Shown piece by piece: positions 1 to 10,819 of a stretch of 42,630 bases of DNA. Source of the DNA: Octopus bimaculoides (Eukaryota). The position numbers and the translations under genes were made by a program. Location of the stretch: the NCBI RefSeq assembly GCF_001194135.2, contig NC_068981.1, forward strand, positions 128,214,094 to 128,256,723. The letters run 5' to 3'. How positions within the stretch are numbered: the first letter of the stretch is position 1; each line of letters begins with the position of its first letter. The notes beneath the pieces are model-generated. The model was not told the origin of the DNA and searched no databases. It saw nothing but the letters and a program-made list of their open reading frames with translations.

Positions 1-31
<31 letters not shown>
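1..31. repeat. (TA)n microsatellite
   Basis: Perfect TA run at the window start. Confidence 0.95.
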
Positions 32-34
<3 letters not shown>

Positions 35-779
35 GGAATATATCTTTCACAACGTACAGGAATATTCAATTTATTAATACTAAATTAAATTTCACAATAT
101 ATAATATATGTATATAAATATAATTTAGAGAACCACCAGTATACAATTCAGACAATGAAAAACCCCATGACACCACCCAGAAAAGAATACATTATAAAAT
201 TACTAATCTAAGAATTCAATAAAGCATAAAAAGTAAAAAGTAGTAAATTGATAAAACATAAAATGTAAGTAGTAGTAAGTTGACTACGCGCGTTTCGTGG
301 CTAAATTAAAATAGCGGAAGTGAGCTAGAACGTTAACACTTAGTGCTCATGCACAGCAGAGTTCAGGATCAATCTTTGTCAAGTGGCTTTACTCTGCATG
401 CTTTACTTTCGTTACTATGGTAACAGTCCTGATACTTATTGATCATACCACGTATGTACGTACGTATAAATATTTATATATACGCGGTGTGCCTATTATA
501 CAAATGTGATCATATCTCTCAAACCACACTATGGTGTCTTAAGAATGGGAAGAACCAAGTTAAATAATGCAATCCTGAATGCCACTAAAAAGATATGATT
601 GTCATGAACGCGTTTAGTTTTGAGCATGCTCAGTCAATGCTGACCTAGCCTAAACAACAACAATGTAATACAATTCTTTGAAATCTATTTTAAAAGTTCG
701 CATGCCAGTGTTCACCATTTCATTGAACAGGGCCGGAGTTCAAAAATACATTCTTGAACAGGCCTTAGACACATTTCAG

Positions 780-1194
780 GCGGCTATATGAAGCTGCTGG
801 AGACTGTAGTAAAACCTTGGCTGGAGATGGTTGCTGCTGGAAGGTCAAATCTGTGTCAGCAGAATCCAGCTCTGTGCCATACCTCCACAATTTCTGGTTT
901 CCTAATTTGCCCGATTATAACTCTATATATTACTATATGTGGGACGCGAATGAGAAAGACACCAACGGCTCTGCTTGCAACACCAAGGCCAAGCCGGTTG
1001 CTAAGACCGAGGAGGTGTTGGAAGATCTTACCAGGAACACAGTGAGGAATGAATGCGCCAGGTTTCGGAGCCGTCTTGGGTCTGTGGTGGAAGCTGAGGG
1101 TAGCCAATTTGAATAAACTGTTATCCTCCAACCATAACCAAGTTGATCATTTTTGAGATTTTTAATTATTTTAATTTTTGGACTGGATACTGTA
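780..1194 (+). mobile_element. Tc1/mariner DNA transposon, 3' part: decayed transposase C-terminus plus right terminal inverted repeat
   Basis: Two frames join to LLETVVKPWLEMVAAGRS..QQN.A.CHTS / NFWFPNLPDYNSIYYYMWDANEKDTN..CNTKA...RNECARFRSRL..VVEAEG.QFE*. This matches the DDE/D C-terminus (QQD.AP.H; WPPNSPDLNPLDY.W; RL.AV..A.G), with an internal deletion and frameshift. It ends in ...ttttggactggatactg|TA (TA at 1193-1194). No matching left TIR was found. Confidence 0.85.
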
Positions 1195-2316
1195 TTTTCT
1201 TTGTCTTTTGTGGAAACTGTTAAATTTGACCTAAACGCCCTGCATGTAGGTGGCGTGTAGATGTATATTTGCAATCATGCAAAGAGTACAAGTCTGAGAA
1301 GTGCGTTTTTGGTTACTAAATATGTGCATCCCTGATTGTGTGAATATGTTCATTATCGAAGAATATCTGGAATGTTTTACAGATATTCACTCTATACCGA
1401 TTGAAGTATGTTAATCTGTTTGCTTGTTTCTTTTTTCCTTTTTGCTTAGCTACATGTGAGCTGGTCGTTATTTTTTTTCACGAAAATGCTTGTCTTTTTC
1501 CAGATTGTTAGACATTTGCTAACACAGCCAAGTGCACCAATGATTATTGGTATAAACGTGAATATGTAATCAAGACAGAGATGCTGTACGTTTCAAAGCA
1601 GTTGTCCATAAATATTTTTATTTTACTTCTATTTTTTTATTGATTTCGGAACAAATGTTCACATCTACAGGGCAATAGACCTCTATGACTGCACATATTC
1701 TTTTTGTGTGTGTGCACAGGTTTCTTTGTTCGACAGAGTGTATGAGCATGCCAACGTGCGTACATGTGTGCGTGTGTCTGCGTGTCTGTGAGTGTGAAGA
1801 GCTCGTAGTATGTTAAGCTTAAATAAATCCACGATTCCAGTTTGTTTCATTGTCATAATTATTTCACTTACTCCACCAGTGCCTCTGGGAATTGCATGGC
1901 CTTTACATAGACATTCCTCCGCCTACTGAACTCAGTGGGGTTGCATGTTCATTAATTACAATTTCTGAGCAAAAAAAGATCAAATGATTTAATTTAATTC
2001 GTAATAATGCATCAAGTGCATACATGAACATATTCCTTGGCAATGAAGATATGCATGGTTCAATTACAGTCAGTGGAACTGCTCTTTTTTATGTGACGAG
2101 TCCGGCTTAGATACCACTTAGATAAAATGGATATGCACATGTGGATATGTGTGTGTGTTTTTGTGTGATGGGGTGTACATGCGTGTGTGCGCGCGCATCT
2201 GTATAACTGTGTTCAAAATTATGATATTTAATCGACAATTGAGTGCTTTTGTGTCCGTTGTGTGATTTTTCTTTTATCCGGTGAACTCCTTTGTTACTCT
2301 TCTGTGCCTCCATTTT

Positions 2317-2425
<109 letters not shown>

Positions 2426-2584
2426 GATATGCACACAACCCATTGCCATATGTATATAAATATATATATACTTAGATAGATACTCATATGAGTTTCGGCC
2501 AGAATTGGCGGAGGCCATGGCTAATTTAATAACACCACCTGGAAAAAACATTTAATGTTTCATATTACAGTTATTCTTTAGACA

Positions 2585-2835
2585 GCATTGCCCATTCAAG
2601 TAAATAGTTATTGTCTGCAGAGATATATGCGAGTATCGGTGGTTTATCTGGAATTTCTCGGAGATATTCATCCAGGAAGTTTTTGAATGTTCTGGGATCT
2701 TTTTCTTCCCTCACGTGTCATGGCATGAGGGTAAAGAGAGCAGGGCCAACTGAGGTGAAACTGTTGTCTTAGTGTTGTAGTGTGAAGTGAGCATGATTTT
2801 TGTAGAGGACGGATGGCACGGGGGACCAAGCCTTG
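2585..2835 (-). mobile_element. CR1/L2-group LINE, ORF2 C-terminal fragment (decayed)
   Basis: The minus strand reads FTSVGPALFTLMP*HVREEKDPRTFKNFLDEYLREIPDKPPILAYISADNNYLLEW. This is the same GP.LF..LP...FK..LD....IPD.P...N.L motif as the LINE at 35049-35534. Confidence 0.7.
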
Positions 2836-2861
2836 GGTACGTTTTTGTTGTATTTGTTGTT

Positions 2862-3180
2862 TTTGTTGTTTAACTCAGCTCAATCCTGATGAAACAAACT
2901 CATGATAAAAACTGTTACAGCCTGAACCCTTCGATCTTTCTGTTTCTCAAGGACTACGTTATTTAATTCACTATCAGTGGCAGAAGCAGTATTAGTTCAG
3001 AATAGCATACTGCATATTTTATTTAACGTAGATATACTGAAAGAACGTCACAACACTGTAATATTTGTCCTGAGAAAGCATCTGTATAGACTTGAAAAAG
3101 CACAGAAATATGAGTTGAAGACTGTAGAGTGTGGTTGAGAGAGATTTGGCTGCTATTTCTAGTATATTGAGCGACAAAAT
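2862..3180 (-). mobile_element. SINE/LINE-tail family D, diverged and interrupted copy
   Basis: gttgtttaactcagctcaatcctgat...ggactacg (tail) and gagagatttggctgctatttctag (head region) are reverse complements of motifs in the + copies at 13745, 14485 and 14770 (ctagaaatagcagccaaat; taaacaacaac tail). A further + tail fragment lies at ~595-665. Confidence 0.5.
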
Positions 3181-3357
3181 GTTCTCCATTTTGGCTCGCA
3201 TATTTCCTGTGTGATTACAACAAAAGAACTATAAAGAGTCTGGCTTACAAATTTTTGTTAAAATGCCCTCTTGAAGCCTAGAAGTCACGCTTAATCATTG
3301 TTTCTGAAATACCTTCATTTAAATTTTGCTTTAATCGTCAACATCATTTCAACATCC

Positions 3358-3899
3358 AGAACATGTATAGCTATGTGATTAAGAAGCCCATTTCAATCAG
3401 ATGGTTTCTGATTCAATCATACTGCGCGGCATTTTGGGCAAGTGTTCTTTTTACTCTAACTCCGGGCGAACAAGGTCTTGCGAGTGAATTTGGTAGGAGA
3501 AAAACGTGTAGAAACCCTTCGTGTGTGTGTGTGTGTGTGTGTGTGCGTGTGTGTGTGCACTCATATATACATATATGTATATATATATATATGCCTCTGT
3601 GTGTGTGTTTGTGTGTGTCTGTGTCTCTGTGTATGTCTGTGTGTCTGTGTGTATGTGTGTCTATGTGTATGTGTGTATGTGTGTATGTGTGTATGTGTGT
3701 CTGTGTTTGACCCCACCACCTCAGTAGCATCTGACAACTGATGCTGGCTTGTTTACGTGCCGGAACATAGCTGTTCAGCAAAAGATAGTGATAGAATAAA
3801 AGTAAATACTAAGGGTGATTTGTTCGACCAAAAACCCTTTAAGATGATGCCCCAGTATGTACGCTATTAAATGACAGAAACAAGTAAAAGATAAAAGAT
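3358..3899 (+). mobile_element. tRNA-derived SINE family A, full length with internal (TG)n/(TA)n tract
   Basis: The head (gctatgtgattaagaag...ttgggcaagtgttct) aligns to the young copy at 42434. The internal microsatellite spans ~3521-3705. The 3' end aaatgacagaaacaagtaaaagataaaagat matches 28561-28593 and 9085-9117. Confidence 0.8.
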
Positions 3900-4146
3900 G
3901 AATTATCATAAGTAATTTTTTTGTATTCACTCCATCCTAAAAAATAAATCATAACTTACATTTCTGTATACGTTGAGAGAGCAATAGTTTTTGCCTTCCA
4001 CCATTGTAGCAGTTTATGTTCATTATGACATCATAATATTCCGCTTGCCAACAAACGTGTTACATTTGATAAACAAAGTGAAAGCTAAATGCTTTGAAGT
4101 TCGTAGTTTCAAATAAATATATAACAAAAATATATAATAATTTAAA

Positions 4147-4217
4147 CGATAATAATTATAATAGTAATAACAATAATAATAATAATAATAATAAAAATAA
4201 TAATTGCAACAATAACA
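4147..4217. repeat. (AAT)n/(AAC)n microsatellite
   Basis: Direct reading. Confidence 0.9.
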
Positions 4218-4472
4218 ATGGTACCTCGTAAGGATCATGCCTCTAAGAAAAGAGCCAGAAGAAAAGAATCGAAACATCGTCTAATTGTAACAAAACCGAA
4301 AGTTCAAAATAAACCACCGAACAGCGTACCTCTAAAACCTGCTCTGAAAGTACCTAAAACCACATCTTCAGATAGTAAAGTTTTACCCCAAAACAACTGC
4401 CGCAAGAAGAAAATTCGCCATAGAAGGCCTCAGAGATTTCGATTTGATCCAGGACCTTCCAAAAGGCATTAA
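4218..4472 (+). CDS. Possible small basic (K/R/P-rich) ORF, 84 aa, unverified
   Basis: ATG-to-TAA ORF in non-repetitive sequence with higher GC than its flanks. No recognisable domain; it could be a chance ORF on an A-rich strand. Confidence 0.2.
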   Translation: MVPRKDHASKKRARRKESKHRLIVTKPKVQNKPPNSVPLKPALKVPKTTSSDSKVLPQNNCRKKKIRHRRPQRFRFDPGPSKRH

Positions 4473-4640
4473 ATGTTTTGAACAATGCTGGTAGTTTCCA
4501 TTTCGGTTCATTTATTTATTTATTTGTCGTGTTCTCTAACTCAACTTCGTTACTATTATGACAGAGTAAAGGCCTGAGGTTTGTTTATAGTCGTATTTCA
4601 ATATACCCGGTATGCCATACAAACTATTTCAAACTCAATA

Positions 4641-4704
<64 letters not shown>

Positions 4705-4721
4705 CGCTATATATATATATA
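4641..4721. repeat. (ATCT)n plus (TA)n microsatellite running into a gap
   Basis: Direct reading. Confidence 0.95.
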
Positions 4722-5093
4722 NNNNNNNNNNNNNNNNNNNNNNNNNNNNNNNNNNNNNNNNNNNNNNNNNNNNNNNNNNNNNNNNNNNNNNNNNNNNNNN
4801 NNNNNNNNNNNNNNNNNNNNNNNNNNNNNNNNNNNNNNNNNNNNNNNNNNNNNNNNNNNNNNNNNNNNNNNNNNNNNNNNNNNNNNNNNNNNNNNNNNNN
4901 NNNNNNNNNNNNNNNNNNNNNNNNNNNNNNNNNNNNNNNNNNNNNNNNNNNNNNNNNNNNNNNNNNNNNNNNNNNNNNNNNNNNNNNNNNNNNNNNNNNN
5001 NNNNNNNNNNNNNNNNNNNNNNNNNNNNNNNNNNNNNNNNNNNNNNNNNNNNNNNNNNNNNNNNNNNNNNNNNNNNNNNNNNNNNNNNNNNNN
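4722..5093. other. Assembly gap (N). Other gaps: 5426-5615, 6992-7466, 22481-23371, 31673-31744, 32057-32892, 33526-34429, 35535-36531, 38924-39424, 41504-41727
   Basis: N runs, mostly flanked by TA, CT or TATG microsatellites. Confidence 1.
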
Positions 5094-5114
5094 ATATATA
5101 TATATATATATATA

Positions 5115-5240
5115 GTGTTGGTCATCTCGGTGGGGTTACAATAAAAGATGCTTTTCTAATGTACCGCGCAGTTCGACTGAACCCTAAACCGCGTGATTGC
5201 AAAGGGACCTTCTTAACCACACAGTGATCCCTACACCTAT
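5115..5240 (-). mobile_element. SINE family A, diverged 5' fragment
   Basis: The reverse complement aggtgtagggatcactgtgtggttaagaagg...gggttcagtcgaactgcgcggtacattagaaaagcatcttt aligns to the head of the copy at 42434. Confidence 0.6.
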
Positions 5241-5974
5241 CTACATATAAATGTTTGTAGATATGTGTGTGTGTGAATGTGAATGTGTATGTGTGTGTGT
5301 GTGTTCATCTGGTATTATTATATGCATTACATTAATTAAAAATTAATGTCTGTAACCGAGGTAACCATGGTAAAATAATAGTCTTTCTGTGTTTGTGTGA
5401 AAGTGTCAATCTCCGTCTGTGTATGNNNNNNNNNNNNNNNNNNNNNNNNNNNNNNNNNNNNNNNNNNNNNNNNNNNNNNNNNNNNNNNNNNNNNNNNNNN
5501 NNNNNNNNNNNNNNNNNNNNNNNNNNNNNNNNNNNNNNNNNNNNNNNNNNNNNNNNNNNNNNNNNNNNNNNNNNNNNNNNNNNNNNNNNNNNNNNNNNNN
5601 NNNNNNNNNNNNNNNAAATAATAGTCTTTCTGTGTTTGTGTGAAAGTGTCAATCTCCGTCTGTGTATGTGGTCTTCTCGATCCAGACTTACACCCATCAA
5701 AACACTATTATCAACAACTTCAGCTCATGTTATAAACTTCTAATGCTTCATCTTTTGTTTCGCTAAGTCAACTTTCTGTCCAAATGATTAAATGTAAAGA
5801 TATCTACCTTTCGACGTTATGGCTATGCGTGCGTGTAAGTCTCTGTGTGTATTTCAGAATTATCTTGTAGCAAGTCAATTCATTGGCAGATAACATTCAT
5901 AAAAGATGCGGTTCTTTCGTTTATTTTTTTAACGCAGATGCATGTATTCGTTAGTATTTCAATATATATTGTTT

Positions 5975-6085
5975 TCAAATTTTGCCACAAGGCCAGAAAT
6001 TTCGGGAGAGGGAGCATGTCGATTATTTCGACTCCAGTGCTCAACTGGTACCTATTTTATTGACCCCGTTAAGCACTTTGCCCTC
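5975..6085 (-). mobile_element. SINE family B, 3' fragment
   Basis: tcaaattttgccacaaggccag...cgactccagtgctcaactggtacctattttattgacccc matches the 3' half of the neighbouring copies. Confidence 0.75.
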
Positions 6086-6134
6086 AATGCTAAAGTTTCT
6101 GTCAGCTCTCCGACTTATTTGTAAGATATATATT

Positions 6135-6333
6135 GGTTTCAAATTTTGGTACAAGGCTAACAGTTTTGGGGGAAGAGCTAAGTTGATTAAATCGACCCCA
6201 GTGCTTAACTGGTACTTATTTTATCGATTCCGAAAGGATGAAAGGCAAAGTCTACCTCAGTGGAATTTGAACTCAGGACGTAAAGACAAACGGAATGCCT
6301 GACGTGCTAACTATTCTGCCAGCTCGCTGCCTT
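6135..6333 (-). mobile_element. tRNA-derived SINE family B, full length
   Basis: Minus-strand head aaggcagcgagctggcagaat, B-box-like gagttcaaattcc, core gactttgcctttcatcctttcgg, tail aaatttgaaacc. Confidence 0.85.
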
Positions 6334-6542
6334 ATTCTTTTCTACTGTAGACACATGACCTGAAATTTTGGGTGAGAGGCCAGTCGTTTAGATCGACCCC
6401 AGTATGCAACTGGTACTTAATTTATCGACTCCGAAAGGATGAAAAGCAAAGTCGACCTCGGCGGAATTTGAACGTAAAGACAGACGAAAAACTGCTAAGC
6501 ATTTCGTCCGGCGTACTAACGTTTCTGCTAGCTCGCTGCCTT
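6334..6542 (-). mobile_element. tRNA-derived SINE family B, full length with an alternative tail
   Basis: Same head and core as 6135-6333, but the tail is ...gtagaaaagaat. It abuts the previous copy directly. Confidence 0.85.
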
Positions 6543-7466
6543 ATTTGTAATATATATATCAAATGAGAAAGTTAGCAATCGTTACGCCCTGATTATGTCT
6601 CCGAATTCAATTTTGTCTACGTACTTCCCTATCTTAGTGTGCTTTTATTTCATTAAAAATCTCAATCCATTAAAAAGTTAATCTTAAAAACATTTCTTTC
6701 AAATTATCTCTGAGTTTGGAATAAACTTCTGGAATACGCAACCATGATATAAGATACTTGAGAGACAACCAATGCAATTAGCAATATAATCTCACTTAGC
6801 AGCTTATTGGGAAGTGTAATTTTCACACTCTTTCCCATGAGTATTAACAATGTATGAAATGTAAAATGGCTACAACCAATAATCGAAAATATCTATTTCT
6901 TCACAACACGAAATCAATATTATTGTATTCTAAGACACTCAGATACAGTTTGAAAGAAAGGATATACTCGATATATATATATATATATATANNNNNNNNN
7001 NNNNNNNNNNNNNNNNNNNNNNNNNNNNNNNNNNNNNNNNNNNNNNNNNNNNNNNNNNNNNNNNNNNNNNNNNNNNNNNNNNNNNNNNNNNNNNNNNNNN
7101 NNNNNNNNNNNNNNNNNNNNNNNNNNNNNNNNNNNNNNNNNNNNNNNNNNNNNNNNNNNNNNNNNNNNNNNNNNNNNNNNNNNNNNNNNNNNNNNNNNNN
7201 NNNNNNNNNNNNNNNNNNNNNNNNNNNNNNNNNNNNNNNNNNNNNNNNNNNNNNNNNNNNNNNNNNNNNNNNNNNNNNNNNNNNNNNNNNNNNNNNNNNN
7301 NNNNNNNNNNNNNNNNNNNNNNNNNNNNNNNNNNNNNNNNNNNNNNNNNNNNNNNNNNNNNNNNNNNNNNNNNNNNNNNNNNNNNNNNNNNNNNNNNNNN
7401 NNNNNNNNNNNNNNNNNNNNNNNNNNNNNNNNNNNNNNNNNNNNNNNNNNNNNNNNNNNNNNNNNN

Positions 7467-7518
<52 letters not shown>

Positions 7519-8094
7519 ATTTAAAAATCAGTATTCATTCCTTTATTTATCGAATGGTATGTAATTGAAGTTTGGCATATTCTTCCGATAATCTTCGAAA
7601 TGTAATATTTTTCTCTTCAGCCCTTTTCTGGCGAGCAAATCTTCTGGGTTTGAAACAGTCAACAGTAATTTATATCTCAAACTGATACTATCAAAACGAA
7701 AGGATTGTGAGGTAATGCTAATATACACATATGTATATATACATATAAATATACATACACAAGAACGCGCGCATACACGCACGCATATACTGATTAAAAT
7801 TTTATTACATATATACGCTCTCAAATGCATGCTTCCAAACACACACACACACAGACAGACAGACACACACACACACATGCAAAATTACATTACTTGCATA
7901 TGAGTAATGAAAAAATAAGTATATGGGAAGAAATGAGATATAGATTAAAATTTTGATGTATACGCCGGGGTAGGTTCCCTTTTTGCAAATGCAGCACACA
8001 TTTTACAGCAGTACGATGCATCATTAAAATTCATATGACACAGACTGTCACCACCTGTCAGTCATTCATTCTAACGCTGATGAAAATTCTCTAA

Positions 8095-8360
8095 AACCAG
8101 TCATAGCAGATAAAATGTGGGTGTAGGTTACGGTACTGCAACAAAAAGGTAGTCGTTGCTCCCCAAAAAGAGCAAGTTAGAGTCGCTCGGTCGTCTTTTC
8201 TATGACTGCAAAAGTGATGTTCATCAAGATTTTGGCCCGTTAGGTCAGATGTTTGATAAAGAATTTTATTTGGATGTACTCATGAATTTAGAAACACATT
8301 ACGAATGATGTATAAACAAAATCTGCATGCTTCATCACAACGAGTTGACACTATGAGAAC
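8095..8360 (+). mobile_element. mariner transposase, central catalytic-domain fragment (decayed)
   Basis: Frames give IIADKMWV* (cf. ITGDETWVY), PKRAS*SRS (cf. PKKARQSRS) and LFYDCKSDVHQDFGPLGQMFDKEFYLDVL (cf. VFFD..GVVHHEF.P.GQTVN.E.YL.VL). Confidence 0.75.
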
Positions 8361-8399
8361 CTACAAACTTCATAATTAGTTAAGCAATGATTTACAGAA

Positions 8400-8836
8400 A
8401 TTACAACAGACTTTCACACTGTGAGTGTTGTTCGTTGTCGGGAAGAGTCGTGCACATTTGGGATAATCTTCAAAGGTTGTTCTCCCTGATTTGAAATACT
8501 TAGGCTACGAGTTACATCATGGTTCAAACGATTTCCCTCAGTGACCGATTGCAATATCAAAAAAGTGACTGTAAAAGGTTTTCCCAATTTGAAACAGAAG
8601 TTTTCAGAAACACGTTTCTTTTCTAAATCATTTGTTGTTCAACTTGTGACAAATCATCAGGTACATTAATATACGTTTACTCTCGCACGTGTGGTATGAT
8701 GATTAACTGGTATGGTGTCATGTGAATATTATTAAACTTACGTTCGATGTCAGCCATATGCAATCAAGAGCACGATGCACCGACTGGCTGATGCGCCGTT
8801 TCAAAAGTCCGAGTTATTTTTTTGTCAGACTTCGTA
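8400..8836 (-). mobile_element. mariner 5' end: TIR plus N-terminal helix-turn-helix region (decayed)
   Basis: The minus strand begins TA|cgaagtctgacaaaaaaataactcggact (mariner-type TIR, TA at 8835-8836). It then reads EKKRVSENFCFKLGKPFTVTF...KYFKSGRTTFEDYPK (cf. EQR..IKFCFKLGK...FKSGR...EDD.RSGRP). Confidence 0.75.
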
Positions 8837-9057
8837 TATTTTATCGTTAAAAAGTAATCGTTTTGCTGATTGACTGAATTAAAATTTGACAGAATTACTA
8901 TTTTGCGAAATACCCAATGTTTTTTTTAATCTTCAGTTATGGTGTATAACATTGTAAATATTACTGTTGCTGTTTAACCCCAAATAGCTTGATCCACGAG
9001 CAAAGGCATGCAAATCATAACAAATACGTCACTTTTCTAAACTTGGAAACATTGGCA

Positions 9058-9117
9058 CGGCGGTGCCCCAGCATAGCCGCAGTCAAATGACTGAAAGAAG
9101 TAAAAGGTAAAAGATAT
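9058..9117 (+). mobile_element. SINE family A, isolated 3' end
   Basis: ggcggtgccccagcatagccgcagtcaaatgactgaaagaagtaaaaggtaaaagata matches the family A tail. Confidence 0.7.
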
Positions 9118-9689
9118 ATATTATCAAATGTGTCGCTCCTTTTCAAGACAGAAGGGTGTAATTTACAGAAATTAGTTTGCATTTTGTGGTAGGTTGAGCA
9201 AGCACGTAGTGGATGTCTCTAATGCATTATAATCTAAAGGATTGTTTGTAGAAAAATTGAATAGTAATAGAATATAACACAGCAAATGCTTAATCGAAGT
9301 CCAACACTTCTTAGCTAGTTATGGTGTGCTGATTAATGTTATTTATTGTTCCTTCTGTTGCCGCTGCCATTTTCTCATAGAAATTAATTAGAAGTCGACA
9401 AACCTTCATTTCTATGGATTTTTCCGACTGAAAATTCCATCAACAATCTAACTAAATATAATTATAGTGTAATTTTTTTTCTTCAGTATTTTTGTGCTGA
9501 ATCTTTGAATTGCTAACTTTATCACAAGAAGATTAATAAAAATGCAATAAATAAATTCCAATCAATCGTCATTAGTAATATAAATTGAATGTTCTAGAAG
9601 GTAATTGAGTTCTGTGCTAATGTTGATTGTAAAATTCGATTCTACACTTTCCTTTAACTAATAGAATATGTTAAATGTTAACCACAAGG

Positions 9690-9960
9690 ATTCGGGAGGT
9701 CTTCAGATTGTAGCACATAAGATGATTTCGTGTTTAGTCTACCCGATATCAATTAGGGCAAATGCTTACTATTATAGTTCCAGGCTGACTTTTGCCTTAT
9801 GAATGAATTTAGTCGACGAAACTGTGAGGAAGCTCGTAGTACAGTATTCGTGTGTGGGAGGTTGTGTGTGCGTGTGTGTGCACGTGCGCACGCGTTTATA
9901 CATGTGTGTGTTTGCGCTTGATAACCGGTATTGGTTTGTTTATATTCCTGCAAATGAAGT
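9690..9960 (+). mobile_element. SINE family A, old diverged copy
   Basis: tagggcaaatgcttactattatagttccaggctgac...gaatttagtcgacgaaactgtgaggaagctcgtagt aligns loosely to the family A middle section. Confidence 0.45.
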
Positions 9961-10171
9961 GGTTCGCTAAAAAGTGGAAATTGAATAAGTAACAGGCTTG
10001 CATGGGTCACTTTAATTTGATCGACTAAACCCTACAAGTGAAATATAAATATTAACTGCGTCAATCTCATGAATCACAAAGAACTTGTGAAGGCTTTGAA
10101 TACAGTCCCTTCTTCTGAACTGTACAAATAAAGAAAAAAATTGTATTATAAAAATGCATATATAAGCACGT

Positions 10172-10172
<1 letters not shown>

Positions 10173-10213
<41 letters not shown>
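10173..10213. repeat. (CA)n microsatellite
   Basis: Direct reading. Confidence 0.95.
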
Positions 10214-10216
<3 letters not shown>

Positions 10217-10819
10217 CATATATAGTACACAAATATATACAAGCATACATACATTCATACATAAATTCTTACAAATATTCATACAACGATTTCGAGCAAT
10301 GGCCATCTCTTGATTGCTCTCTTAAAGCAGCACGGAAGTGGCTTTTCCGTCCTGCTAGGAACTTACACTCTATTGCACGGATGTGGCTCTGACGGGCCCC
10401 TCTTGCAGTAGGTGTCCATCAATGGTTTACCTTTTCCGGCTACAGTCAGTCATAGTATGCAACACATAACAAAAGATTTTAGAAATCAAACGTTACCTGT
10501 AAGTGAAGTCTTTTTTGTTTTAATTAGGAAAGGCCTTGCACAAGACCAATGCCACTCTCAAACCAACGTAAGCATTTGTCCCAAAGAGACTTCTACAACA
10601 CTGGATGAAAACGAATTTGCATGTGTTACATCAGTTTTCTTTGTAGAGAGAGGGGTAAGCAAAGACTAGGAACTTCTGTCTGATTTGGTGGATGGATATG
10701 TAACTCTGTTGAGTTTATTTCGCCCTTTGACAACTTTTGTTTTTCCTTCTGCAGATTGTTCAAATAAAACCACCTTTCTTACCAAGCAGTCTTGGTAGGG
10801 TTGTCGGCTTAGTCGCCGG

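Noticed and set aside
270-370. Minus-strand GAAAC-GCGC-GTA-GTCAA, which looks like the 3' half of a PLE hammerhead
   Set aside because: There is no CTGANGA box or convincing stem II upstream (best matches CTGAACT and GCATGA). It may be a PLE terminal-repeat relic but cannot be supported as a ribozyme.
5373-5668. Identical 53-bp sequence on both sides of the gap (5373-5425 and 5616-5668)
   Set aside because: An exact duplicate ending and starting at the gap edges is typical of unmerged overlapping contig ends; probably an assembly artefact.
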